Sequence record: NC_018087.3
Source of the DNA: Acinetobacter phage ZZ1
Reading direction: 5' to 3' (one strand)
DNA length: 64,000 bases
In this document: piece by piece, positions 37,716 to 47,085 of the stretch
How the letters are laid out: every line of letters starts with the position of its first letter
Position numbering within the stretch: the first letter of the stretch is position 1
Notes under the pieces: generated by a model
Database searches by the model: none
Seen by the model: only the letters and a program-made list of their open reading frames with translations
Told to the model about the DNA's origin: nothing
Position numbers and translations under genes: made by a program

Positions 37716-40127
37716 TTAAAGTTTGCAAGCATCGCAATCCGCTTCTGATGCATCATCTACGCCTGACCCATCATCCGTATTGTGATAATACATATTCTTG
37801 TTACCAAAATAGAAACAGAACAACATATCATCCATCATTTGCGACATAGGAACTTTACCATTTTCATATGAATTTGGTACATAATACGTGTTAATTGAAA
37901 TGGCTTGGTCGGTCCACTTTTGTTCAATAGCCATTTGAGTTAAATAACCCTTATTGCCATTGCGTGCGGCAGATTCCCATGCAAAATCATAGAACATCTG
38001 ATTTACTTCATAGTTAGGAACCATTTGGTTAAACGAACCATCTTTGGATTGTTTATAAGTTACAGGCTTAAGAGGTTTTTCAATACCATTTGTTGAATTG
38101 GATACTTGAGAAGATGATTCACAAGGCATTTGGGCAGATAACGTTACATTACGCATACCAAATTCTTTAAGATCAATTCGTAATGCTTCCCAATTCAATA
38201 CGTAGTTTGGCGGAACCAATTCATCAACATTTTTACAATACCAATCGATCGGTAATTCACCACGGCCATATTTGGTTTTCCAAAGTTGTGGCGAAGGACC
38301 TTTCTCTTTGGCTAACTCAATCGATGCTTTGATGAGAGCATATTGTAGACGTTCAAACAATTCATGAGTAAGCTCATTACCATCTTCATATGATGCTGCT
38401 TGTGATGCTAACCAGGCAGCAAAGTTAGTAACACCAATACCTAATGAACGGTATTCTTTTGCTTTTAATGCATTTTTATGAGGATAATCTTGATAATCAA
38501 GTAAGTTATCCAAGGCGCGTACCATTACCATACCGATGCGATTTACTTCATCCTGGTTCTTCCAATCAAAGTTGTCAAGTACCCAAGCAGATAGTGTACA
38601 TAATGCAATTTCACCGAGGTCTTCTTGAACATTAAACGCATACTCATTTTCAGTAGGTTCATATTCATTTGATACACGCTTAAACAAATCTTCTACGGTT
38701 GGCAATACAACTTGATTTGTTCCATAAGTTTCAATGAATTTAACAATATCACCTTTTGCAACGGCAAGGCGTTGATCTTTATATGTACCTAATGCAACAG
38801 TATGCAGGGCGATTTCTGCACATAAGTTAGACATTTTAACGGGTGCAATTGTACGAATCCATGGGCCAAAATTATTGATATTATCCACATGTGATGGGTA
38901 TAAACGAGCAGTATTTGCACGTTCTGTCATGAATAAACCCATAAACAACTCGGTTGCTTTAATACGTTTTTTACGTACAAACGGGTCCTTTTCTAAATTT
39001 TCATATAATTCACGGAACAGATTTTCATCTCGGAAGAATGCATCATAAAGTTTACCCTCTAGTACATCCGGGCTAAACAATGTAACATAATCATCCATTA
39101 AATAGCGTTCAATCATTAAATTGTTTAATTGAATACCATAATCCATATGACGAATACGGTTTTCTTCAATGCCCTTATTGTTCTTAAGAACCATAAGGTT
39201 TTCACATTCTAAATGCCAAATAGGCCAGTACGCAGTAGCAGAACCTTTACGAATACCACCTTGAGAACATGAATGGACCGCTGCATTTTTAAGTTTCCAA
39301 AATGGTGTTACACCAGTGTGTTTAACTTCACCTGGACCAATTTTAGACCCTTCGGCACGGATTGCACCACCGCCGATACCAATACCAGCACGTTTAGAAA
39401 CATATTTTACAATAGCTGATGTACTTTCAGTAATTGAATCTAGGCTATCGCCGGTTTCAATTAAAACACATGAACTAAATTGACGAGTTGGGGTACGAAC
39501 ACCGGCAAGAATAGGAGTAGGTAAACTAACTTGTTTTAATGATGTTGCATCATAAAAATCTTTTACGTATTGAATACGTTTATCTAAAGGCTCATCTTGA
39601 TGTAAACACATACCAATGAGTATAAACATAAATTGTGGTGTTTCATAAATTTTACCAGAAGATCGATCTTTTACAAGATACTTATCTTTAACTTGCATCG
39701 CACCTGCATATGTAAAATTAAAATCACGGTCATGATCGATAATTGAATTTAAACTATCATAGTCTGCTTTAGACCACTTTGTTAAAAGTTCTTTATCATA
39801 TACACCCTGTTCTACACCAGATTTAACATGATCATATAAATGGGGTGGATCAAATTGACCAAATACTTCTTTACGAAGACCAAACATTGCTAGATTTGAT
39901 GCGACATATTGATAATCTGCGGATTCGACTTGAATGGAATCGGCTGCAACTTTAACAATAGCCCGTTGAATTTCAGTTGTGGTCATTTCATCTTTAAAGA
40001 ATACTTGTGCCCGTTCATAAAGTTCATACGGATTAATTGTCGTACCTTCGACAGACCATTCTAAAACTTGAATAATTTTTGCAGGGTCAAACTCTTGTGC
40101 AATACCTGAACTTTTGATTACTTTCAT
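37716..40127 (-). CDS. nrdA: Ribonucleotide reductase large subunit NrdA.
   Basis: 803 aa. It has an ATP-cone N-terminus, catalytic cysteines and C-terminal thiols, with class Ia architecture. Confidence 0.95.
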   Translation of the reverse strand: MKVIKSSGIAQEFDPAKIIQVLEWSVEGTTINPYELYERAQVFFKDEMTTTEIQRAIVKVAADSIQVESADYQYVASNLAMFGLRKEVFGQFDPPHLYDHVKSGVEQGVYDKELLTKWSKADYDSLNSIIDHDRDFNFTYAGAMQVKDKYLVKDRSSGKIYETPQFMFILIGMCLHQDEPLDKRIQYVKDFYDATSLKQVSLPTPILAGVRTPTRQFSSCVLIETGDSLDSITESTSAIVKYVSKRAGIGIGGGAIRAEGSKIGPGEVKHTGVTPFWKLKNAAVHSCSQGGIRKGSATAYWPIWHLECENLMVLKNNKGIEENRIRHMDYGIQLNNLMIERYLMDDYVTLFSPDVLEGKLYDAFFRDENLFRELYENLEKDPFVRKKRIKATELFMGLFMTERANTARLYPSHVDNINNFGPWIRTIAPVKMSNLCAEIALHTVALGTYKDQRLAVAKGDIVKFIETYGTNQVVLPTVEDLFKRVSNEYEPTENEYAFNVQEDLGEIALCTLSAWVLDNFDWKNQDEVNRIGMVMVRALDNLLDYQDYPHKNALKAKEYRSLGIGVTNFAAWLASQAASYEDGNELTHELFERLQYALIKASIELAKEKGPSPQLWKTKYGRGELPIDWYCKNVDELVPPNYVLNWEALRIDLKEFGMRNVTLSAQMPCESSSQVSNSTNGIEKPLKPVTYKQSKDGSFNQMVPNYEVNQMFYDFAWESAARNGNKGYLTQMAIEQKWTDQAISINTYYVPNSYENGKVPMSQMMDDMLFCFYFGNKNMYYHNTDDGSGVDDASEADCDACKL

Positions 40128-40453
40128 AAATCCTCTATACTAAATTCGTCTTTAAAAATTCTGTTAACTACCTTAGCAATTATATCACCATGACATGCGC
40201 GAGGCGCACAAGTGCAACCTAAACGTTGCCCACGGAGCACTTCTAAATGATCAATAGTAATAACACCAGATTTGACCTGGTTAATAAAATAGTCTTTAAA
40301 TAGGGGAATTGCTTTATCACCATATTCTTCTACAGTGAAGGGATTTCCCCAAATTGTCCCGCGCTGAATATTCACATCGAAGTCGGATTTGTATTTATTA
40401 ACAACTCGGCAGACCTCATTGGCCCGCCATAGTCTCACAGATCGATCTATCAT
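40124..40453 (-). CDS. Hypothetical protein with a GNPF and LGC.C.P..CHGD motif, resembling the DUF4326 family.
   Basis: 109-aa ORF reading RGTIWGNPF...RLGCTCAPRACHGDII. Confidence 0.4.
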   Translation of the reverse strand: MIDRSVRLWRANEVCRVVNKYKSDFDVNIQRGTIWGNPFTVEEYGDKAIPLFKDYFINQVKSGVITIDHLEVLRGQRLGCTCAPRACHGDIIAKVVNRIFKDEFSIEDL

Positions 40454-40659
40454 TTTTTAGATTCAAGTTTTGTCTTTGCATCAGAATATTCTAATGCAAA
40501 GTAAATTACTAAAGCCCAAGCAAAAACAGCAGAAGCAAAAAATGGATCATTTGACACTAGATATGCCAAAGCACCAAAACCTCCTGCAGCCGGAATACCA
40601 AAACACCAGAATTCAGTCATTAATACTAAAATTGGAATTATTGCTTTAAACTTATTCAT
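40450..40659 (-). CDS. Small membrane protein with two predicted TM segments.
   Basis: 69-aa hydrophobic ORF between td and nrdA. Confidence 0.35.
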   Translation of the reverse strand: MNKFKAIIPILVLMTEFWCFGIPAAGGFGALAYLVSNDPFFASAVFAWALVIYFALEYSDAKTKLESKK

Positions 40660-41591
40660 TACGCTGACATCGGCATCGGAATTGCAGGATGATGCAAGTA
40701 ATTAATCAATTTAAAATCTGCTGGAGTTGCCTTTTCAAAATCTTCCAAAGTACGTAATTCTGGATTAATCCAAAGTTTTGGTAAATCATATGGTACACGA
40801 GTTAATTGCTCTTTAATGCCATCGATTTGGTTTAAGTAAATGTGTGTATTACCAAATTGACCAACTAATTCACCAGGTTGCTTATTTAAAATACGACAGA
40901 AAATATGTGTTAAAACAGCATAAGACGCAATATCAAACGGCATTCCAAGCGGAACATCTACACTTCGCATTTTAAACAATAAACTAAGTTTATCGCCTTG
41001 AATATTAATCTGGAATCCAGTATGACAAGGTGGTAAGATAGGTTTATCAACACTTAACTCTGTGCCTTGTGGACCAGTTGGATTTTCCCAAGTTAATTGT
41101 GGATTGTATGCTTCTACCAATAACCGACGTGAAGTTGGATTTGCTTGAGCTTCTTTAATTACAGCTTTTACCTGGTCCAAACGAGGTAAAAATACAAGAT
41201 CACCATCGGCATCACGAACTGCATTTAAACCAAATCCACGCCATTGTGTACCATAAATTAAACCACAATACCCATCAGTGTATCCAAGTTCTGTACCTTG
41301 TTTTTCATAGTTTGCGTCCCAAATCGTTTTCTTTTCAGGATTATAACGATGCTCTTCACCATGTGTAATTGCACGCAATTCATTTAAATCTGTTGAACCT
41401 CGAAGGAACCACAATAATTCTGCAACTACAGATTTAAATGCTAATTTTTTAGTTGTTACTGCCGGAAACCCTTTTGATAAATCAAATTTTAGTTGTTCAC
41501 CAAATGTAGCTAAAGTGCCGACACCTGTACGATCATCACCTTTATAACCATTTTCAAGTACATGTTTTAATAAATCATTATAGTTACGCAT
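40659..41591 (-). CDS. td: Thymidylate synthase, with no intron.
   Basis: 310 aa. ThyA motifs are present (R.G.GT...FG, LPPCH active site, DVPLGMPFDIASYA). Confidence 0.95.
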   Translation of the reverse strand: MRNYNDLLKHVLENGYKGDDRTGVGTLATFGEQLKFDLSKGFPAVTTKKLAFKSVVAELLWFLRGSTDLNELRAITHGEEHRYNPEKKTIWDANYEKQGTELGYTDGYCGLIYGTQWRGFGLNAVRDADGDLVFLPRLDQVKAVIKEAQANPTSRRLLVEAYNPQLTWENPTGPQGTELSVDKPILPPCHTGFQINIQGDKLSLLFKMRSVDVPLGMPFDIASYAVLTHIFCRILNKQPGELVGQFGNTHIYLNQIDGIKEQLTRVPYDLPKLWINPELRTLEDFEKATPADFKLINYLHHPAIPMPMSA

Positions 41592-41632
41592 ATTAAACTC
41601 TCAGTTAAGGATAATTAAATTATACCGTGAAA

Positions 41633-42154
41633 TTACAGTGAGCGAATAGTTTCTACAAGTTGAATACCCGGCGAAATATTCCAAAAATTAATATCTTGAA
41701 TCATGCCAAATGTTTGACATGCAATTAAAAAATCTTTACTTAAATGTTGGGTAATCTCTTTTGTAGGCTTTAATACTAATTGAGATTCATAAACAATATT
41801 CGCATAAGGTAATGCAATCTTAAGTAATTCTGCGCCACCGATTATTGAATAAGTTTCAAGTTCATCTTTTGACCATTCTTCTAAACGATCATAGATATGA
41901 TCAATATTCGCATATCTATATGCTTTGCTGCCATCTTTAGTTTTAGGGGCAGTTCTACTAAAATTACATGCAACAATATGATCACGATCGGGTAATAAAC
42001 CAGGCAAAGACATAAATGTTTTTGCGCCCATTACTAATTTTGTATTAGTAGTCCACTTTTTAAAATTTTTAAAGTCTTGACTAATGTGTGGCCAGGGCAT
42101 ACCATCATGAGAACCAAATGCAGTGCCGCAATGCGCAAATACAAGTTGAATCAT
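41633..42154 (-). CDS. frd: Dihydrofolate reductase.
   Basis: 173 aa with a DHFR-like N-terminus (IQLVFA...GMPW..) and LVMGAKTF.SLPGLLPDR.HIV matching T4 Frd. Confidence 0.85.
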   Translation of the reverse strand: MIQLVFAHCGTAFGSHDGMPWPHISQDFKNFKKWTTNTKLVMGAKTFMSLPGLLPDRDHIVACNFSRTAPKTKDGSKAYRYANIDHIYDRLEEWSKDELETYSIIGGAELLKIALPYANIVYESQLVLKPTKEITQHLSKDFLIACQTFGMIQDINFWNISPGIQLVETIRSL

Positions 42155-42537
42155 TTTAAATATCCTTTTTGTTCAAAATATGTTTCCGGTTCATTTTTAC
42201 AAGAAATTTTATAATGCCAAATATTATGCACACGCACACGTGTAATTTTATATCGATCATGCATTTCATGGCCTTTCAAATCAAAACAATATTTTAAAGC
42301 CATACAAATAAGAACACGCTTAGGCATAATTTTCAAAATAATTTTACTAAGAAAATCTAATTTGTAACCCATCGCATTAAAAATTTCAATAATCCAATCT
42401 CGGCTTAAACGCGCAAATGTTTCACGTTCTGCTGAATTTTTTAACTGTTGTGCGCGGTTTAAAAACTCTTGACGTTGTTGCTCTTTAGTATCACTAACTA
42501 ACTTTGCAATTGCATCTAAATGCTTTTCTGTTTTCAT
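42151..42537 (-). CDS. Hypothetical protein (position of frd.1).
   Basis: 128-aa ORF. Confidence 0.4.
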   Translation of the reverse strand: MKTEKHLDAIAKLVSDTKEQQRQEFLNRAQQLKNSAERETFARLSRDWIIEIFNAMGYKLDFLSKIILKIMPKRVLICMALKYCFDLKGHEMHDRYKITRVRVHNIWHYKISCKNEPETYFEQKGYLK

Positions 42538-42863
42538 TTCAATTTCTCCATAAATTTTAGAGTTGCATCTTTATCAAATTTTGTAAAAGACTTAACTTTT
42601 ACAAAGGGCTGTTTTTCTCGACGTAACATAACTTCATGATTTGATACCCGATGCAACACCCAATCATCTTCAATTTCATAAACCACAAGATAATCATATC
42701 GATTAGGTTTAAATTTGGAATTATTAAAATTTCCATCTTTAACCCGTTTTAAAAATTCTATTGTATCAGTAAACCATTTAAAGCGACTTTGCCATGCAAA
42801 AGGTTGAAATTCTGATACCTTATTGAATTCATCTTCACACATTAAACGATATAAAGTAATCAC
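42534..42863 (-). CDS. Hypothetical protein (position of frd.2).
   Basis: 109-aa ORF. Confidence 0.4.
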   Translation of the reverse strand: MITLYRLMCEDEFNKVSEFQPFAWQSRFKWFTDTIEFLKRVKDGNFNNSKFKPNRYDYLVVYEIEDDWVLHRVSNHEVMLRREKQPFVKVKSFTKFDKDATLKFMEKLK

Positions 42864-43348
42864 TTAGATGTACTCAAATTTGTAACCAAATAATTTTCCA
42901 AATGCCCTAAATTTTGACGTAATGATTGTGCTACATTAAGAGCTTGTTGAATTTCGTCTCGACTTTTACTCTCTAATGAAGATGTTACCAACTTGGTTAA
43001 CTTTTCATTATTTTTTGCAATTGCAGCAGTCAGACGAAGTTCTATTGGCGGAAGCTTATCACCAATTAAACGTAAATTTTCATTTAGAATATCATAACTA
43101 TTAAAGAAACACCACATACCAAAAATATCAATATCTATAGTATACACAGCTTTTGTTTCAATGTCTTTAATCATTGTTACGCCAACCGTAATTCCATTAC
43201 GGTCATTTACTTCAAGCACTTCAAATTTAGCACCAGGGACAAATGCTGGAACATAATGACTTATAGCCGCATTGGATGCTGTAGTATGATTCCAACGATC
43301 TAATACTTCATAAATTTCGCCTACACGAATTTGTGGGTAATTACTCAT
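42860..43348 (-). CDS. Hypothetical protein (position of frd.3).
   Basis: 162-aa ORF. Confidence 0.4.
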   Translation of the reverse strand: MSNYPQIRVGEIYEVLDRWNHTTASNAAISHYVPAFVPGAKFEVLEVNDRNGITVGVTMIKDIETKAVYTIDIDIFGMWCFFNSYDILNENLRLIGDKLPPIELRLTAAIAKNNEKLTKLVTSSLESKSRDEIQQALNVAQSLRQNLGHLENYLVTNLSTSK

Positions 43349-43406
43349 ATATCATGCACTCTTTAAAGTATTTGAAAATTATATCACAACTAAAATAAAA
43401 ATGGAA

Positions 43407-43432
43407 TAAAAAAAGAGGACCGAAGTCCTCTT
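43407..43432 (-). terminator. Terminator after gene 32 (GAGGAC-cgaa-GTCCTC).
   Basis: On the minus strand the hairpin is followed by a T7 run. Confidence 0.65.
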
Positions 43433-43437
43433 TAAAA

Positions 43438-44357
43438 TTATAAACCTTTTAACAAGTCATCTAAACCAGGATCAGCAGCCGGAGCAGCTTTAACAGGTTC
43501 AGGTGTTGCAGCAGGTTCTACATCAGTTTGAGCGGTAGCAGTGAAACCAGCCATTTGCTCTTCAAAATTATCAAGTTCATTTGCAATATTATCAGCCTGA
43601 GTTGCGGCTTGTGCTGCTGCACCACCCATAACAGCAGTACCCATAATACGTTTAAATGTTTCTTCATTTTTTTCAAAATATTGAATTGATCTTTTGCAGT
43701 TAACACATCAATATCAACCATATTATCGATTAATTGTTTTTGATATGCTTCATCTTCAATATTTTGAATCTTAGATTGACCTAAGAATTTACATTCGTCG
43801 TAGTTGCTAAAACCACCAACTTGCTTAACTTTAAGAATAAAGTTTGCACCTTCGAATGGACATGTTACATCAACAGGAATTTCACCCATATCAGCATTTA
43901 CTTCAATCATCGCATTGATCTTATCCATAACTTTTTGACCAAAACGATATTTAAACACTTGACCTTCATTTTTAGGATTAGCTGGGTCTTTAATAACCAA
44001 GATGTTACACCAGAAAGAAGTTTTGCGTTTAATTTTACCATACAATTGATTGTCTGTATTATATAAATCATTATCAGAAATATATTTACATACAGGGCAT
44101 GATTCAAAATCGCCATGAGTAGATGTACAGTTTTCGATATACCATTTACCGTTATTTTTGAAACCGTGGTTTACAAGTTTAACAAATGGGATTGATTCGG
44201 GTGTACGACCAGGCAAGAAACGAATTACAGCAGTACCATTTTTTGCATTGTCTAGCTCAAGTTTCCATTCTTTACCATCGGCTTCATTAAATGAACCTGC
44301 ACCTTTCATTGCTTGAAGTTGAGCGGCTAATTGAGCTGGGTCTTTACGTTGAAACAT
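43438..44357 (-). CDS. 32: Single-stranded DNA-binding protein gp32, split between two reading frames. The N-part runs 43518..44357 and the acidic C-terminal part 43438..43644.
   Basis: The N-part is collinear with T4 gp32 through the zinc site ([33 protein letters not shown]) to ...QKQLIDNMV. After that the long ORF turns into a nonsense hydrophobic tail. The other frame then gives QYFE.NEE...MGGAA...DDLLKGL, matching the T4 C-terminus. Confidence 0.85.
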
Positions 44358-44487
44358 AATTTATTTTCCTAACAGTTGGTGATACACCTTGGATATTAAA
44401 CTCACAAAAGCTTGTGTACCTAAGCTTCAGGAGAGATTTTATTTTATCATTAAGATTTTGAAAAGCATCTTAACAATATTATTTATA

Positions 44488-45138
44488 TCAGTATTTTGCA
44501 GCCTTTATTGATGTTTTAAATGCCTCACGGCACTCATCAGCATCAACTATAAACAATAGTCTATAGGCTTTTAATCGTACCGAATAATTCGACCATATGA
44601 TGTTGTCATATTGATCATGCTTTTCAATAATATTCAAAAAGCTATCAAGCATAATAAATGTTTCAAATGAAATTATTCCACTCTGTAAAAGCTTGAATAT
44701 ATAAGACATTTGAGTTGATTCATTATAACAAAAGATATCGTTAAGCGAGTTTACATTAACTTTCTTTGCAAAATAATAAATGTTTCGAACATCTGCGTCA
44801 TATCGAGACTTAACTTGACGAAGTCTAGCTAAATAAGTCTGATAAAAGTTGACGGCATCTGCATCAGAAATATCGCCAATCCAAGCATCTTGGTTGGCAA
44901 CCAAATTACTAATGAAGATTAAAGACAATTCTTTAAGAGTAAATTTTTTAGACAATTTTTCAAAGAAAAATTTATCTTTCCGTTTGGCGTATGCAGAGTC
45001 AGAAACTTTCATACGCCAATCGGATTTAATGACATCTCGACGACCATTAAAATGATTTTTCAATTGAAGATACAAGTTATATACACTTTTGCCGTCAATT
45101 TGAATGTTATTGTTTGGAGGCAATAACAATTTAACCAT
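44488..45138 (-). CDS. 59: gp59 loader of the gp41 helicase.
   Basis: 216 aa, against 217 aa in T4. Near-identical blocks include IDGKSVY.LYL, FISNLVANQDAWIGDISDADA, IRNIYYF.KKV and YIFKLLQS.IISFETFI.LDSFLNII.KHD. Confidence 0.95.
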   Translation of the reverse strand: MVKLLLPPNNNIQIDGKSVYNLYLQLKNHFNGRRDVIKSDWRMKVSDSAYAKRKDKFFFEKLSKKFTLKELSLIFISNLVANQDAWIGDISDADAVNFYQTYLARLRQVKSRYDADVRNIYYFAKKVNVNSLNDIFCYNESTQMSYIFKLLQSGIISFETFIMLDSFLNIIEKHDQYDNIIWSNYSVRLKAYRLLFIVDADECREAFKTSIKAAKY

Positions 45139-45478
45139 ATAAAAAGTCCAATGTACTATGGGTATTTTGTTTAGTTAAAGAAGGTTTTAAAATATTGTCT
45201 TCAATAACCTCAAGCTTTAATTGCTCAATAACTGCCTCTGGTATATACCGGGCAAATTGCGATTCAGGAATTGATCGTTCTTCCATCCACCAAGTCACAG
45301 CTTCAAGCACCGATAATCCAGTTGCGACAAGATCATCGATCTCTGCCGCAGTGGTCTGTTTATCATATGCTTCTGCAACTAACTTAGTTGGATTCCCCGT
45401 AACCGGGGTTTCTTCAGTTAGTAAACAATGCATCGTAGGCTTCCAAAGTTTCTTCAGATTCATTTTCAAAAGCTTCAC
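45131..45478 (-). CDS. 33: Late transcription accessory protein gp33. The true start is probably an internal Met.
   Basis: The C-terminal half matches T4 gp33 (SIPE.QFA..IP...IE....E.I.DN.L.PS, TLDFL). Confidence 0.8.
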   Translation of the reverse strand: MKLLKMNLKKLWKPTMHCLLTEETPVTGNPTKLVAEAYDKQTTAAEIDDLVATGLSVLEAVTWWMEERSIPESQFARYIPEAVIEQLKLEVIEDNILKPSLTKQNTHSTLDFLYG

Positions 45479-45680
45479 GACTATCTTTATGATACATGCT
45501 CAAAAGCTTATTAAATTGTTTCGGTTCAAACCCAAACTCATCTTGTGCGCGCTTACGAATTTCTTTAATCGCATCATTTGCACCTTCAATAATAGCTTTA
45601 TGATTAGAACATTCTTTAATCATTGATTTGATCATGTCGCCATGTGCAGCTTGATTGTATTCAACTTTAGTTTTAGCCAT
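45414..45680 (-). CDS. dsbA: Double-stranded DNA-binding protein DsbA.
   Basis: 88 aa, against 89 aa in T4 (MAK...E...A.HG, LL..YHKD.R..FE.E.EE..E.YD..F). Confidence 0.8.
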   Translation of the reverse strand: MAKTKVEYNQAAHGDMIKSMIKECSNHKAIIEGANDAIKEIRKRAQDEFGFEPKQFNKLLSMYHKDSREAFENESEETLEAYDALFTN

Positions 45681-45739
45681 TTCATTTACCTCATTGATTT
45701 GGTATGTGTTTATTTTAACATTTACTCCCGGAAAGCGTC

Positions 45740-46810
45740 TTAAAACGCATTGATATCCGGGAGTAATTTAGTTAAACCTGATTTTACAAAATAAGAATAA
45801 ATCTTACCTCGTGGCGCAGGTGTTGATGTTTTATATGCTTCCAAGATTGCATCTTGGATATCCTGACGGATATAATTAAAATCAATTAAAACACGGTTTT
45901 GTGTAAAGCGATGAAATTGTATTTTTGCAATGCGTTCTGCCATTATTTCAATATCACCATTAAATGATTCAATAGCTTCTTCTGACATACCTTGCAGCAT
46001 TAAAAGATTTTTTGCACGTTCAAGACCTTTCTTTTTATCTCTAACTTTATTTTGCACATCTTCTAAGTAAATTTGATAAATTTCATCATCAGTTTTGCCA
46101 ACACATGCTTTAATAAATGCTTCATAAGTCGGAGGCGTACGCTCAATAGATGTATCAGCAGTTAAGAAATAATCGCCTCGTACTTTTGTTGATGCAACAC
46201 AGTCCTTTTTATCACCTTTAATAATTTTTGTTAAACAATCTTCCTCAGGTGAACCTGTTTTATGTTTAACGAATTTCTTTTGAATTGGTGAATATTGATC
46301 AACATTTTCAATAGTATGCAACTGCGTAAAGTCACCATCTGATGAAATAATACGAACTTTATAACCAAGTGAACTGAGATATTTTGATAATACCGCAATA
46401 CAGTCATCGGCCTCTGCAAATTTAACATCAATTACATGATAAGGCATATTATCTTTTAACTCTTGAATAACAATATTAAGAGCTTCAAAATATCCTTCCC
46501 AGTCAAATGATTCTTTTTCTTTATCGGCATCGCGTTTAATAGCCCGATTTCGTTTATAATAATCTTGGAATTGTCTGCGCCAATATCCAAACTTCGCATT
46601 ATCTACTGTAATAATAATTTCGGTAAAACCTTCAGCTTTAAATTTTAAAGCATTTACTTTTAAAGTAGATAAAACTAGTTGTCGTACTTTAGGAACAGTA
46701 AATTTTTCACCTGGATCATATGCTACTGCAACAGTTGCTAATGCAATTTGAGACAAGTCAATAAGAGCAGCACCTTTTTCAGGTTCACCCATCATAAAAT
46801 CTAAACTCAT
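45740..46810 (-). CDS. rnh: RNase H / 5'-3' exonuclease (FEN-family).
   Basis: 356 aa. Matches T4 RNase H (IDFSQIAL, GYWRR.F..YYK.NR, WDWEGYFE, EADD.IAVL, ISSDGDFTQLH, KILKGDKKD.VAS.KVR, PRGKIYSYFVK.GL.KL). It has an insertion of about 50 aa relative to T4. Confidence 0.93.
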   Translation of the reverse strand: MSLDFMMGEPEKGAALIDLSQIALATVAVAYDPGEKFTVPKVRQLVLSTLKVNALKFKAEGFTEIIITVDNAKFGYWRRQFQDYYKRNRAIKRDADKEKESFDWEGYFEALNIVIQELKDNMPYHVIDVKFAEADDCIAVLSKYLSSLGYKVRIISSDGDFTQLHTIENVDQYSPIQKKFVKHKTGSPEEDCLTKIIKGDKKDCVASTKVRGDYFLTADTSIERTPPTYEAFIKACVGKTDDEIYQIYLEDVQNKVRDKKKGLERAKNLLMLQGMSEEAIESFNGDIEIMAERIAKIQFHRFTQNRVLIDFNYIRQDIQDAILEAYKTSTPAPRGKIYSYFVKSGLTKLLPDINAF

Positions 46811-47039
46811 AATATAATCTCTCTAAAAGAAGTTGTACCCATCATATAATATAAATATTAAAAGCATCTAAATTGCACATTTATGTGCTGGGCGAAGCCC
46901 TATATCTATCCCGGCTTAAATAGTAAAAGCATAGGGGGTAGGGGGTAAACCCATTATAACATTTAGATTTTGTAAAGCAAGTTTACTCAAATTTTAAGTG
47001 GTCAAAATACATACAGTATAGGTCCACGGAGACGCTTTT

Positions 47040-47047
47040 TATAAATA
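47040..47047 (+). promoter_or_regulatory. Late-promoter core TATAAATA upstream of gene 34.
   Basis: Exact octamer 39 nt upstream of the gp34 ATG. Confidence 0.55.
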
Positions 47048-47085
47048 CAAGATATAATATCTTTAATATTAAAGGATAAATTCAA

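Noticed and set aside
43821-44116. ORFs antisense to or overlapping gene 32 (43821-44066 +, 43907-44116 -).
   Set aside because: They are embedded in the conserved gp32 coding region with low-complexity translations. They are artefacts of AT-rich sequence.
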